Made by a program: the position numbers and the translations under genes
Assembly (NCBI GenBank): GCA_046318155.1
Contig: JBKCUU010000086.1
Location: forward strand, 1-61,253
Source: Bdellovibrio sp.
Lineage (GTDB): Bacteria > Bdellovibrionota > Bdellovibrionia > Bdellovibrionales > Bdellovibrionaceae
Length of the DNA: 61,253 nt
Direction: 5' to 3'
Shown: positions 50,754-60,986 of the stretch, piece after piece
Layout of the letters: the number at the start of each line of letters is the position of its first letter
How positions within the stretch are numbered: position 1 is the stretch's first letter
Notes under the pieces: model-generated
The model's database searches: none
What the model was told of the DNA's origin: nothing
Seen by the model: the letters and a program-made list of their open reading frames with translations, nothing else

Positions 50754-51119
50754 ATGACTGTCTCCGGCAAAGTTTTATCAAAAGTTGCGCAGACTTGCGC
50801 GATAACCTTAGGTGTCGCGATCCTGATTGCACTGATCTCGGGTTGCTCCGTTTACAAATCAAATGGACGACGCACCTTCGAAGACAAAGCGGGCGACAAC
50901 ATTGTCGACCGTGAAGTTGGCCAGGGCACCCGCGAAACTCCCAATAGCGCCTTTGATCCGGTTGAGGGCGAGGGCCTTTGTTGGACTCAGCCTGCTCGCG
51001 ATCCGCTTTGGTCTCTTCCTGAAAATTCTCAAGCTGTTACCCGACTGAATATTCGTCTCATCAACAGTGAAGTCATCGAGGTCTGCCTTGAATCTGAAGC
51101 CCGCTCTCCGAACGATTAG
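50754..51119 (+). CDS. Hypothetical lipoprotein
   Basis: RBS GGAGG; signal peptide with lipobox-like ISGC. Confidence 0.65.
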   Translation: MTVSGKVLSKVAQTCAITLGVAILIALISGCSVYKSNGRRTFEDKAGDNIVDREVGQGTRETPNSAFDPVEGEGLCWTQPARDPLWSLPENSQAVTRLNIRLINSEVIEVCLESEARSPND

Positions 51120-52023
51120 TCTTCTCGCCCTGCTGCTTGGTTTTTGCCCAGCCATGGCGCAAGAAATCATTCAGCTCAAGGGAACCAAAGCACTGATTAA
51201 TTTATCTGGCAGCGAAGCTTCGGCCGGAACTGAGTTTTTCGCTTTGGACAGTGGCGGTAAGAAACGTGCTATTTTAAGAGTCCGCCAAGTTAAAGGCGAT
51301 CGCGCCATTGCAGACGTGATCAAAGGATCAGCCAAAACAGGTCAGAGCCTGCAACCTCGCGGTGGAGCCGCCGCGGCTCCTGCTGAAGCGCGTGTTCAAG
51401 ATGTTGCTTCAGAAGATGACGGGAGAGCCAGCGGCGAAGACCGAGTGGCGCGACCTCGCGGCTTTTTAGGTCAATTTCTCAAGCGCGGAACGGCCGTTGG
51501 CGTCCTTGGTGGATTTGCACAAAACTCGATGTCGCTCACAGGCAAAGGCGGTGGGTTCACCGAGGACCTGACCCTGACCGGCAACAGCTTTAATGTCATG
51601 GGCTTTTACGATTATGACCTCTCAAAAAGTTTTACGATTCGCTCAAAGGCAGGGATCGAAACTTTTGATGTCAAGGCCTCGGCCAACAACGCAGCCATTT
51701 GTAGCAACTCAACTACGTGTGATGTCAGCTTTACCTATCTCTCAGGCGAAATCAGTGCCCACTTCAATTTTATGACTGGCAAGACCCGAGCCTGGGCCGG
51801 TGCGGGCTTGGCCTTCTTGCTTGCTGTCGCAAAGAAATCAACGGTCACGAACCTGGATGCTTCAAATGCGACCAACAATATGATTTTGCTTGGCGCCGGC
51901 GCCGACATCAGTGTTGGCTCGGGCCGCTTTATCCCAGTCTCTTTCGAGTACGGTATGTTCCCGGCCTCCACAGTCAAGGCCACGTCGATACTTTTGCGCG
52001 CTGGTTACGGCTGGAGATTTTAA
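51067..52023 (+). CDS. Outer-membrane beta-barrel protein with N-terminal beta domain
   Basis: Signal peptide (AMA|Q), alternating beta-strand pattern and C-terminal beta-signal AGYGWRF. Start uncertain. Confidence 0.75.
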   Translation: MKSSRSALNLKPALRTISLLALLLGFCPAMAQEIIQLKGTKALINLSGSEASAGTEFFALDSGGKKRAILRVRQVKGDRAIADVIKGSAKTGQSLQPRGGAAAAPAEARVQDVASEDDGRASGEDRVARPRGFLGQFLKRGTAVGVLGGFAQNSMSLTGKGGGFTEDLTLTGNSFNVMGFYDYDLSKSFTIRSKAGIETFDVKASANNAAICSNSTTCDVSFTYLSGEISAHFNFMTGKTRAWAGAGLAFLLAVAKKSTVTNLDASNATNNMILLGAGADISVGSGRFIPVSFEYGMFPASTVKATSILLRAGYGWRF

Positions 52024-52500
52024 ATGAATTGCCGAATTTGGCTCTTAGTCAGCCTGATAATAAGCCTTGCAGGTTGCACGACACCCAATCAAAAACGTCT
52101 TGCGCTGGCCGCTAGCGGCTTCGCCGCCGGCACCGCCATCGGAACGGCCACAGCACCGGCCGATGAGCGCAAAGAGTTGCATGCGATCTATTGGGGCTCA
52201 CTGATGGGATTAGGTGCGGCCTTAGCCGGAAACTATATCTTTAATGACGAGACTCACCTTTCACTTTTGAGCCAAGAAAATCAAAAGCTCAAAGCCGAGT
52301 TGGATCTCATTCAAGCCGGAACCAAAATTCTGGTTGATCAAGGCAAAGGAAAATTCAAAAACCCTGTGGGCGAAATTGAACTTCAAGGCAAAAAAGCCAA
52401 TTGGAAGATCTATCAAGTGGACCGTTGGACCAAAGAGGGCCCGAACCGTTTGTACCACCAAGATAAAATGATCGAAATCACGCCTCAGGCCGAGCCATGA
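52024..52500 (+). CDS. Hypothetical lipoprotein with glycine-zipper-like segment and coiled coil
   Basis: Lipobox LAGC, Gly/Ala-rich hydrophobic pair, then ENQKLKAELD. Confidence 0.7.
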   Translation: MNCRIWLLVSLIISLAGCTTPNQKRLALAASGFAAGTAIGTATAPADERKELHAIYWGSLMGLGAALAGNYIFNDETHLSLLSQENQKLKAELDLIQAGTKILVDQGKGKFKNPVGEIELQGKKANWKIYQVDRWTKEGPNRLYHQDKMIEITPQAEP

Positions 52501-53405
52501 AATCAAAACTTCTCATCGGGCTCCTAATGCTCTCTGGCCTCGGCAATCTCTACGCCTTTTACCATTGGCACCAGTCACAAAACCAATTTTTTAATCATCA
52601 AACACAACTCGAGGTCCAAAACATCTCAAGCAGCCAAGCCTTGGATTCGGCCGAAGAGTTGTTTTTTCTGCGGGATTTACTGGGGCGTTGGTTTCAGTTT
52701 CAATCTTCAAATTACCTGGCCTCGCAGGCAGCCCTCCTACCCTGGCTCTCAAAAGATTTAGCTGAATTGCGCCAGTCCGAAATTGGACGGCTCGCGCCGA
52801 AGATGCGGGATCAGCAAATCGAGCAAACTTCTGAAATCTTGGCGATCACTCAACATGCCGAGCCGCTGGTCTTTGAGGCTTTGGTTCAAGTCGCTTTGAT
52901 CGAAGATGGCAAGTCGACGCTCTTTATTGTCCAAAACAAAATTCAGATTCAAAAGATCAAGCGCAGTCTGGAAAATGTTTGGGGGTACCAGGTTTTACAA
53001 TTTCAATCGCGAGTGACGACACAAAAAACCGCGCTGAAACACCTGTCACTCGCCTATGGACGTTTGAGTCTGGTGACCCTTCCTTGCGTCGCACAGGATG
53101 TGAAGGTCTCTGATCCAGAAGCCGTGCAAGTCAAAGTGGTTTCGACCCGGAACTCCGAACTTCACCTCAACCCGTCACGAATTCTAACCGAGCGACTGAC
53201 TTTGACGGCCCAGTGCGAGGGTTCGGAGTTTAAGTTCGACGTCCTCACCGACTCAAAGACGACTCGCTTCGTGGCCTTGGAACCCAGGGATGGAAAACCA
53301 CTGGCACCCAAGCCTCAGGCCAAGGCACGGGACCGCAACGCGATTAAGCAATCCCTTGCGAAAGAGTTGGGTTTTGAGATTGAAGAATCGGGCAAAGAAG
53401 AGTGA
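52497..53405 (+). CDS. Hypothetical bitopic protein, VirB8-like plus VirB9/TraK-like domains
   Basis: N-terminal TM. RSLENVWGYQV resembles the VirB8 R..NP.GF.V signature, followed by a beta-sandwich-like domain. ATGA overlap with the upstream lipoprotein. The ORF is solid; the domain call is inference. Confidence 0.6.
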   Translation: MKSKLLIGLLMLSGLGNLYAFYHWHQSQNQFFNHQTQLEVQNISSSQALDSAEELFFLRDLLGRWFQFQSSNYLASQAALLPWLSKDLAELRQSEIGRLAPKMRDQQIEQTSEILAITQHAEPLVFEALVQVALIEDGKSTLFIVQNKIQIQKIKRSLENVWGYQVLQFQSRVTTQKTALKHLSLAYGRLSLVTLPCVAQDVKVSDPEAVQVKVVSTRNSELHLNPSRILTERLTLTAQCEGSEFKFDVLTDSKTTRFVALEPRDGKPLAPKPQAKARDRNAIKQSLAKELGFEIEESGKEE

Positions 53406-54534
53406 TCTTGATCCCTGGTCCACTGCTATGATTCCGAATCTGAAGCTCACCACCAACTGATTGCAATGACTGCCGCACAAAGAAAAGCCCCAAGCCTGTG
53501 CCGTTCTTTTTCTGAGACGTAAATCCTTCTTGGCCCGCCCGTTTTAGCTCTTGCGGAGTCATACCGATACCACCATCTTCAAAACAAATTTCGAGCACAC
53601 TCTTTTTCTGGTGCACCGAGACTCGAACAGGGGACTGGGCCCCCACCTGCACCTGGGCTTCAAAAGCATTCTTCAAGATATTCTGAAACATGCGCTCCCA
53701 AGTCTCGGGCTTGAGGGGAACCGTCAGCATTGATAACTGCTGAGAGGCCAAATCAAACTGTGCGGACTGATGCTGAAAAATGAGACCCAACTCTCGGCTG
53801 AGAGCTCGCGAAATCTCACCCAGGTGAGCGACGCAGGTTTCTCCGGCTAGAGACCACTTTCCGCGCTGGTGCAGATCATCGGCAATCGTCTTGATTCGGC
53901 CCACAGCGCCTTGCAAGAGGCGCTGACGGTCCGGATCTTCGCCGGGACCGTGATCCAAGCCCACCAACATCTGAAGAGCTGTTAACGGTGTTCGAATATC
54001 ATGGGCGACTTGTCTCGAAACTTTGGACAACTCCTCGTGCAAAACTAACTTTTGACTGAGCCGAATTTTTTGGGTCTCGATCCGAGCAGTGATGAGTCTA
54101 AAAACCAAGAACAGGCTGATCATCACGATGACAAATCCCATAAACACAGGACTCACCAAAGTCTGTTGCAGGAGCCCGGTCAGGGGCTGACAATAGTGCA
54201 AACGTCCCGCCGGCAATCCATAAAGCGTGAGCGGCACAAGAAAATCGGCTACACAGGTTTGCGTGGGGATCGACACTTTTTTGTTTAAAGTTCCTGATTG
54301 AAGATCTTCAAAGGCCACAAGCTTCACATTGGCTCGGCGAACATGAAAGAGCAGCTTCTGCAGCAAGGCCTCGTTACGCTCCACCAAAAGACTTTTTGCA
54401 ATGTCCTCTTCCCAGTGCGAAAGATAGGTGGTGACCTCTTTACGCGTCCCTGATGCCTCAAGCATGATCGAACCCGTAAAGGCCACCAGAATCAAAAACA
54501 GAGTTAAAATCAAGAATCGAATCTTCTGTCTCAC
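53344..54534 (-). CDS. Membrane sensor histidine kinase
   Basis: Two TMs, H-box AHDIRTPL, N-box NILKNA, DGGIGM, GTGLGL. Confidence 0.9.
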   Translation of the reverse strand: MRQKIRFLILTLFLILVAFTGSIMLEASGTRKEVTTYLSHWEEDIAKSLLVERNEALLQKLLFHVRRANVKLVAFEDLQSGTLNKKVSIPTQTCVADFLVPLTLYGLPAGRLHYCQPLTGLLQQTLVSPVFMGFVIVMISLFLVFRLITARIETQKIRLSQKLVLHEELSKVSRQVAHDIRTPLTALQMLVGLDHGPGEDPDRQRLLQGAVGRIKTIADDLHQRGKWSLAGETCVAHLGEISRALSRELGLIFQHQSAQFDLASQQLSMLTVPLKPETWERMFQNILKNAFEAQVQVGAQSPVRVSVHQKKSVLEICFEDGGIGMTPQELKRAGQEGFTSQKKNGTGLGLFFVRQSLQSVGGELQIRNHSSGPGIKITLLCPILQSQNPTLSQGIA

Positions 54535-54547
54535 TTAAATAAAGCAA

Positions 54548-54564
54548 AGCGATTACTGTGCCAA
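54548..54564 (-). promoter_or_regulatory. Possible sigma54 promoter
   Basis: Minus strand TTGGCACAGTAATCGCT gives GG-N10-GC with a TGGCAC -24 box, just upstream of the kinase start. Confidence 0.45.
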
Positions 54565-54640
54565 TTTGAGGGCCTTCGATGAGGAGGAGGACGCATTTGG
54601 GCAAAGTTCAAATGTCAAATGTTTGGTCAACCTTGTAAAA

Positions 54641-56872
54641 TCAAGAGGTCCCAAGACGGCTGACGCCGATGACACCTTTAATTTTTTGCAAATCCAAAAT
54701 CACTTGATTGAGCTGGGTCGTATTTTTGAGTGAAACATCAAAAGTCGCAATCGCCTTGTGGTCGCGGGTCGTACGAACCTGAGCGGTTTGAATATTAATG
54801 CCTTGAGCCGAAAAGACCTCGGACATGGACTTCAAAAGACCTGGAATATCTTGTGAAATCACCTGAATTTTAACGGTCCGTTCGTGACCGTCAACGGAGC
54901 TGTCTTTGTTCCACTCAATTTCAACACGCCTGTCTTGATCAAACTCAAAGGCCTTGCGGCAATCTGAACGATGGACCGTGATCCCCCGCCCTCGCGTGAT
55001 GAAGCCAATAATCGAGTCACCCGGAATCGGATTACAGCATTTCGCATAATACACCAGGACGTCTTCCATGCCGCTGACCTTAACGAGCGAGCCTGACTTG
55101 CGAATCTTTTGAGCCGCTGACTTAAAAACTTTTTGGATAAAAGTCGGCTCTTCTTTTGTCTTCGGCGAAGTTGAATCGGGCAAAAGATCGGGCGCTAGGC
55201 GCTCACGAACTGTTTTTGGCTCGAGCTTTCCGTAACCGACTCGAACGAAAAGCTCTTCTTCGCTGTGCAACCCAAAATCAATGATGAACTGATCATACCG
55301 CTCACCTTTACCAATGTACCGGGTCGCGGCGGCGCCAAACTTTCTAAACTCGCGGTCCAAAAGTTCTTTTCCTGCCGACAAGGCGTGTTTGCGCTGCTCC
55401 TCTTTGACGAACGTGCGGATCTTACTTTGTGCTTTGTTCGTCACACACATCTTGAGCCAGTCTTTTGACGGCACTTGACTCTGAGAGGTCATGATCTCGA
55501 TCGTGTCCCCGTTTTGCATTTGGTACTTGAGGGGCACCATGCGCCCATTCACACGTGCACCGACGCATTTATTACCAACATCCGTGTGAACACCGTAAGC
55601 AAAATCTAAGGGTGTTGCCCCTTCAGGAAACTCGCGCACTTCACCCTTGGGAGTAAAAACATAAATTTCAGCTTCGAACAAATCCGTTTTTACCGTATCT
55701 AAAAACTCGTCGGAGCTCTTGACCTGCTGATGCCAGGTGAGAAGCTCCTTCAACCAATCAAATTTTTTGGTTGTCGTATCCTCCACTTGACGGCCGCGCT
55801 CTTTGTACTTCCAGTGGGCTGCGATTCCGCGTTCCGCGATCAGATGCATCTCTCGGGTCCGTATCTGAATTTCGATGCGCTCAGCCTTGGGGCCAATCAC
55901 AGTGGTGTGTAGGGATTGGTAGTTGTTCGTCTTAGGCATGGCGATAAAGTCTTTAAAGCGTCCCGGGATTGGTTTCCACATCGAGTGGATATGCCCCAGA
56001 ACCTCATAACACTGGGGAATCGAATCGACCACCACCCGGAAGGCGAGCATGTCGTAGACTTGCTCGTAATCGATATTGCGGGCTTGCATCTTCCGGTAGA
56101 TCGACCACAAGTGCTTCGTTCGGCCATAAATTTCAAACGACTTAAAGTTGGCTTTGTGAAGTTCATCCGAGATCATCGATTGCACTTCTTGGATGAACTT
56201 GGCTTGGTCTTTTTCTTGCGCGTTTACTTTTTGGCTCAACGAGTAGTACATATCAGGCCTTAAAAACCGAAAACTCAAATCTTCAAGTTCAATTTTTAAA
56301 CTCGAGATACCAAGGCGACTTGCCAGCGGACAATAAATCTCGAGCGTTTCCTGCGCAATGCGCGCCTGCTTCTCGTAAGGCATGTGGTTCAGCGTTCGCA
56401 TGTTATGCAATCGATCGCAAAGTTTGATCAAGATTACCCGAACGTCTTTACCCATGGCCACGATCATTTTGCGAATATTCTCGCCTTGACGCTCGTTCGA
56501 CGTCTTAAAATTCATTTTCGAAATTTTAGTCACACCATCCACGAGCATCGCGATGGTGTCGCCGAATTCTTTTTTAATTTCGGGCATCGTCGCGTGAGTG
56601 TCTTCAACCGTATCGTGAAGAAGCCCCGTCGCGATCGAATCCAAATCCAAGCGCAAATCAGCTAAAATCCCAGCAACTGAGAGCGGATGCGAAATGTACG
56701 CTTCACCGCTTCGGCGGATTTGTCCTTCGTGGGCAGCTTCAGAAAAGTGGTAGGCCTTCTCGATGATCGACAAATCGGCGTTCGGGTAATAGACCCGAAT
56801 TTTCGCTGTCAATTCATCTAGAGATTTTAAGTGCCGTTCTGATAAGTGTCCCGACGCTGCAACTTCTGACAT
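54641..56872 (-). CDS. spoT: Bifunctional (p)ppGpp synthetase/hydrolase (Rel/SpoT)
   Basis: HD motif LLHDTVED, DRLHNMRT, YQSLHTT, EIQIRT, plus TGS and ACT domains. Confidence 0.95.
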   Translation of the reverse strand: MSEVAASGHLSERHLKSLDELTAKIRVYYPNADLSIIEKAYHFSEAAHEGQIRRSGEAYISHPLSVAGILADLRLDLDSIATGLLHDTVEDTHATMPEIKKEFGDTIAMLVDGVTKISKMNFKTSNERQGENIRKMIVAMGKDVRVILIKLCDRLHNMRTLNHMPYEKQARIAQETLEIYCPLASRLGISSLKIELEDLSFRFLRPDMYYSLSQKVNAQEKDQAKFIQEVQSMISDELHKANFKSFEIYGRTKHLWSIYRKMQARNIDYEQVYDMLAFRVVVDSIPQCYEVLGHIHSMWKPIPGRFKDFIAMPKTNNYQSLHTTVIGPKAERIEIQIRTREMHLIAERGIAAHWKYKERGRQVEDTTTKKFDWLKELLTWHQQVKSSDEFLDTVKTDLFEAEIYVFTPKGEVREFPEGATPLDFAYGVHTDVGNKCVGARVNGRMVPLKYQMQNGDTIEIMTSQSQVPSKDWLKMCVTNKAQSKIRTFVKEEQRKHALSAGKELLDREFRKFGAAATRYIGKGERYDQFIIDFGLHSEEELFVRVGYGKLEPKTVRERLAPDLLPDSTSPKTKEEPTFIQKVFKSAAQKIRKSGSLVKVSGMEDVLVYYAKCCNPIPGDSIIGFITRGRGITVHRSDCRKAFEFDQDRRVEIEWNKDSSVDGHERTVKIQVISQDIPGLLKSMSEVFSAQGINIQTAQVRTTRDHKAIATFDVSLKNTTQLNQVILDLQKIKGVIGVSRLGTS

Positions 56873-57025
56873 GCACCGAATTTATCGGAGATTTCTGAAT
56901 TTTTTTAATAGTTTAGACGCTGAAAGGCGAAATAACTTTGATAGAAGAGATAAGTGGGACTTCGGGCGTCCAGCGGCAGGAATCTGGATCAGGACTTGGG
57001 CAAAGACCAAGCCATGATGAGAGGC

Positions 57026-57265
57026 TTATTTGTTGAGGTCTTTTTCGATTTGTTCTTCGGGCGTGCCCTTAGAAAGGTCGTGTTCAAAAGCCACGTTGCC
57101 CGCAGCAACTTCGCGCAAAGACGCGACAATCGTCTTGTTGCCCTTGGTTGCAACGGTCATCTCAGAGCCCTTCATGACTTGTTTCGCGCGTTTAGCGACA
57201 AGCAGCACCAAAGCGAAGCGATTGGGTACTTTGTCCAGGCAATCTTCAACCGTTACACGAGCCAT
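57026..57265 (-). CDS. rpoZ: RNA polymerase omega subunit
   Basis: [10 protein letters not shown]...[15 protein letters not shown]. Confidence 0.96.
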   Translation of the reverse strand: MARVTVEDCLDKVPNRFALVLLVAKRAKQVMKGSEMTVATKGNKTIVASLREVAAGNVAFEHDLSKGTPEEQIEKDLNK

Positions 57266-57293
57266 GAATCCTCCAGATATCGAAGGCTTAGGT

Positions 57294-57860
57294 TTAGTCT
57301 TTCAAGAGAAGTTGATCAATGATTTTCTTGAATATGGCAAAGGAGGCTTCGAACTGGTCATTGACCAGCTGGAAATCAAAATCCTTGGCATAAGCCATCT
57401 CTTTTTCGGCGTTGGCCATACGGACGTCAAAGTCAGCCGGGGTCTTCGAATCCCGCTTCAAAATGCGACGACGCAGCTCGTCAATACTGGGGGGAAGGAT
57501 GAAGATAGATTTGGCCGTCTCAGGGTACTTGGCTTTAAACGTCGCGGCTCCCTGAACATCCACATCCATGATCACGCACTTCCCGTCTTTCCAGGCATTT
57601 TCGAGCTGGGAGAGCGGAGTGCCGTAAAAATTGGTATGAACTTTGGCCCATTCAACGAAAAAGTGCCGAGCCACCAAAGCTTCAAAATCTTCTTTGGTCA
57701 CAAAATGATAAGGATGACCTTGGGATTCGCCATCTCGCATGGTGCGGGTCGTGTAGGTCACAGTATCAAACAACCGGGGTTCTTCCCGACAGATTCGTTC
57801 AACAAAGCTGCTTTTGCCCGCGCCCGAAGGAGCGGCAACGATGATGAGCTGGGTCTTCAT
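57294..57860 (-). CDS. gmk: Guanylate kinase
   Basis: [37 protein letters not shown]. Confidence 0.96.
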   Translation of the reverse strand: MKTQLIIVAAPSGAGKSSFVERICREEPRLFDTVTYTTRTMRDGESQGHPYHFVTKEDFEALVARHFFVEWAKVHTNFYGTPLSQLENAWKDGKCVIMDVDVQGAATFKAKYPETAKSIFILPPSIDELRRRILKRDSKTPADFDVRMANAEKEMAYAKDFDFQLVNDQFEASFAIFKKIIDQLLLKD

Positions 57861-58735
57861 TCGACGTTCTGCACCTGTTCTCTCAGTCTTTCGATGTTGC
57901 TCTTAGCCTCTACCACGATTTGCGTGAGCTTGGAAAGACTGGACTTGGAGCCAATCGTGTTGACTTCGCGAAGCAGCTCTTGCGTGTAAAAATCCAACTT
58001 CTTTCCTTGGGCTTCGCTCGATTGCAAAAGATGGCGGTAGTTTTTGACGTGCTCGCGCAGCCGGCTGACCTCTTCATTGATGTCAGTCTTGTCGATTTGC
58101 ATCACAACTTCTTGTGACAGACGAGCTGAGTCAATCTCAAGACCCTGGAGACGCGTTTTAATTTTTTGCTCGAACCGGGCCAATAAATTTTGATTGGCTT
58201 CGTCGCGAACCCCATGAATGTCGGCGATTTCACTCTCAAGCTTTGCAAGTAAATCTTCAAGGTCACCCTTCAAGCTTTTACCTTCGCGCCTGCGCTCAGT
58301 ATCGCAAGCCTTGCAGGCTTTTTCAAAAGCTTGCAACAGGGCTTTTTTTTCAAGATTTGAAACATCCGCCTCGCTTTCGATTCGCAAAACTTCAGGAAGC
58401 CGCGCAATTGTTTCGACCTGTGCCTCGCCACGAATTTTAAGATCCTTGGCGATTTGCTTGTAGGACTCCATGTATTGTTTCGCCAGATCACGATTCAGAA
58501 CAACCTTAAGCTGCGACTGATCAGCTCGAACCTTTCGGCTCACAAAAACATCAACGGTTCCGCGTTCAAAGAATTCTTCGAGTTTTTTCTTCAGATCCGA
58601 CTCAAATGGGTGAAACTCACGCGGAAGATGAAAACGTGTTTCGAGGTACCGGCCGTTCACAGCCCGAAGGCTGACATCAATTTGACTCTTCTGGGACTCT
58701 GCCCGTCCCGCACCAAAACCTGTCATGCTTTTCAT
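57857..58735 (-). CDS. yicC: YicC/YloC family protein
   Basis: [38 protein letters not shown]. Confidence 0.93.
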   Translation of the reverse strand: MKSMTGFGAGRAESQKSQIDVSLRAVNGRYLETRFHLPREFHPFESDLKKKLEEFFERGTVDVFVSRKVRADQSQLKVVLNRDLAKQYMESYKQIAKDLKIRGEAQVETIARLPEVLRIESEADVSNLEKKALLQAFEKACKACDTERRREGKSLKGDLEDLLAKLESEIADIHGVRDEANQNLLARFEQKIKTRLQGLEIDSARLSQEVVMQIDKTDINEEVSRLREHVKNYRHLLQSSEAQGKKLDFYTQELLREVNTIGSKSSLSKLTQIVVEAKSNIERLREQVQNVE

Positions 58736-59667
58736 GTTGATGATTCTCCTAGAAATTCTTGGACTCGGGAAGTGAAAAACGGCACATCGCCTTGCTGTCC
58801 CCACAAAATACGTTCGTCACGCTGAAACCAGGTGCGCTGCCGTTTAGCAACGTGCAGGGTGCTGTGGTTGATACGCTCTTCAAGTGCCGCTAAATCTGGC
58901 AGCTCCGGATCTTTGTTTAAAAACAGACCGGCTTCTTTGTAGCCCACGCTCTGCAAGGGGTCCCAGTCTCGCAAACCCCGGGCGATCAGCGCTTGCGTTT
59001 CTTGCACAAGACCTTGCTTAAGCATCGCTTGCGTCCGCGAGCGCACCCGATTCTTAAGCTCCTCGCGCTCGACTTGCACCCCGAGCTTAAGGAGCGGAAA
59101 CGGAAAGTCGGGCTTGGAATCTTTGTACTCTTTTTCGATTTCAGAAAGTGACCGCCCTGTTCGGCGAATAATTTCAAGCGCACGAACAAGTCGGTAATGG
59201 TCGTTGACCGAGATCCGGGCCGCCACCAGAGGATCTCGGCTTTGGAGTTCAAGATAGAGATTTCTGGCGCCATCAACGTTTTCGAGCTCCGCTTGTAGCT
59301 GCGCCTTGATTTCTTCATCGGCTTTTTCCACAGGCAGCATTCCGTTCTCAAGCGCCTGAAAGTAAAAGCCGGTTCCGCCAACGACAAAGACAACCTTAAA
59401 CCGGGAGCGACACTCGTCCAATGTTTCGCGGGCCAAGCGCGAATAAATCCCGGCCGTGATTTTTTCGGGAGGCGCAATTCTTTGGAATAGAAAATGAGGA
59501 ACTTTTTCGAATTCGGCTTTTGTCGGTGCGGCAGAACCAATCAGAACATGCTGATAAATTTGCACACTATCGGCATTGATAATTGCGCCGCCAAATTTTT
59601 GCGCGAGCTCAAGGGCGAGATCTGATTTTCCGCTCGCCGTGGTCCCGACGACAAAGACCACTTTCAC
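58732..59667 (-). CDS. miaA: tRNA dimethylallyltransferase
   Basis: GTTASGKS, INADSVQIY, VGGTGFY, RALE, SVGYKE, AKRQRTWF. Confidence 0.95.
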   Translation of the reverse strand: MKVVFVVGTTASGKSDLALELAQKFGGAIINADSVQIYQHVLIGSAAPTKAEFEKVPHFLFQRIAPPEKITAGIYSRLARETLDECRSRFKVVFVVGGTGFYFQALENGMLPVEKADEEIKAQLQAELENVDGARNLYLELQSRDPLVAARISVNDHYRLVRALEIIRRTGRSLSEIEKEYKDSKPDFPFPLLKLGVQVEREELKNRVRSRTQAMLKQGLVQETQALIARGLRDWDPLQSVGYKEAGLFLNKDPELPDLAALEERINHSTLHVAKRQRTWFQRDERILWGQQGDVPFFTSRVQEFLGESST

Positions 59668-60986
59668 GCCAACGTCCGTCCAAAATCTTTTTCAAGTTTG
59701 GCGAAGCTGTATTCAACCGATACCGGGCGCCCGTGCGGACAAAAACTAGACATCGTAAATTCATCCATCGTGGTCAGCAAGGCTTTCATTTCTTCGAATG
59801 AAAGTGCTTGGCCGGCCCGAACCGCCGAGTGGCAAGCCATCGTTGCCGCCAGATCACCGACGTAAGTTTCAAAAACAAAACTGCCCCCTTGTTCGGCCAT
59901 CTGAGTGGCCGCTAGGTCCAAGATTCTGGGAAGGCTGGACTCTCGGATCCACAAAGGTGCCGCCCTAACGCCAACGGTCTGCGGACCCATTTCTTCAAGG
60001 TGAACGCCAAGTTTGGCGAAATCTTCTGCTGATTTGAGCAAGGCTTCTTTTTTATCGGGTGACAAATCGATCGACAGCGGAAACAAGAATTCTTGAACGT
60101 CCATGCGGCCGACTTTCCAAGCCTGCATGATTTTTTCAAACAAGACCCGCTCGTGAGCAGCGTGTTGATCAACCAACACCAGCCCTTCACGTTTTTGACA
60201 GATCAAGTAAGTGAGGTTGGCTTGCCCTAAAACCTGCAAACCTGACCACGACCCGCCGATCGATTCTGCCGGGGTGAGTGGGGGCTGAACGGCACCAGCA
60301 CCATTGACCTGAGCTCGAATTTCGCGAAGAGACTCCAGCGTGACACTCACTTGCGGCACTAGGCTTGATGACCGATAAGGCCCCCCCGAGGATTCACGCA
60401 GAGTTTGAAAGGTAGGTTTGACCTGGTACTGCGTCGATTGCAAATCGTGACTTCCGAACGAAAGATTCTCGGGCATCGGTTCAGGGACTCTTGCACTGTT
60501 CGTTCCGCGCAAAATTTGTTGCACCCATGGTGCATTCTCTAAAGTTTCACGGACCGAAGCGCTCACCGCCCGGAAGGCGAGTGAGGGCTCGGCAAATTTG
60601 ACCTGCGATTTGGTGGGATGAATATTGACGTCGATTTGATCCGGCGCCGTCTCAACCCAGGTCACGACAAAGGGATACTCCCCATGCATGAGCATCGTGC
60701 GGTAAGCCTCGACCACCGCCGTTTGCAAAGCGCGGTCTTGGATCCAGCGGTTTTGCGCCAGGATCCAAATATTTTTTGAAGTCTTGGCCGTCTGATTGGG
60801 ATCACCCATGACCGAGTAGGCGGCCACTCCGTCGCGTGTGGCTTGGCCTTCGTACAAAGGCGTGATGCCAAACACTTGTTCGGCCCGTTGCTTGCGCCCG
60901 GCCGCACTCATAAAGTTGAGATCAAGACGGCCTTCGACAAACATTTGAAATGAAACTTCGGGACGCGCCAATGCCATGGCCTTCAT
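59664..60986 (-). pseudogene. mutL: DNA mismatch repair MutL, N-terminally truncated as assembled
   Basis: DVNIHPTK, DQHAAHER, ACH and CPHGRP are present. The GHKL ATPase N-terminus (KELVENS, GFRGEAL) is absent, and an in-frame stop lies immediately upstream. Confidence 0.8.

Noticed and set aside
57030..57989. 319-aa plus-strand ORF
   Set aside because: Entirely antisense to rpoZ, gmk and yicC, with no recognisable motifs; treated as a shadow ORF.
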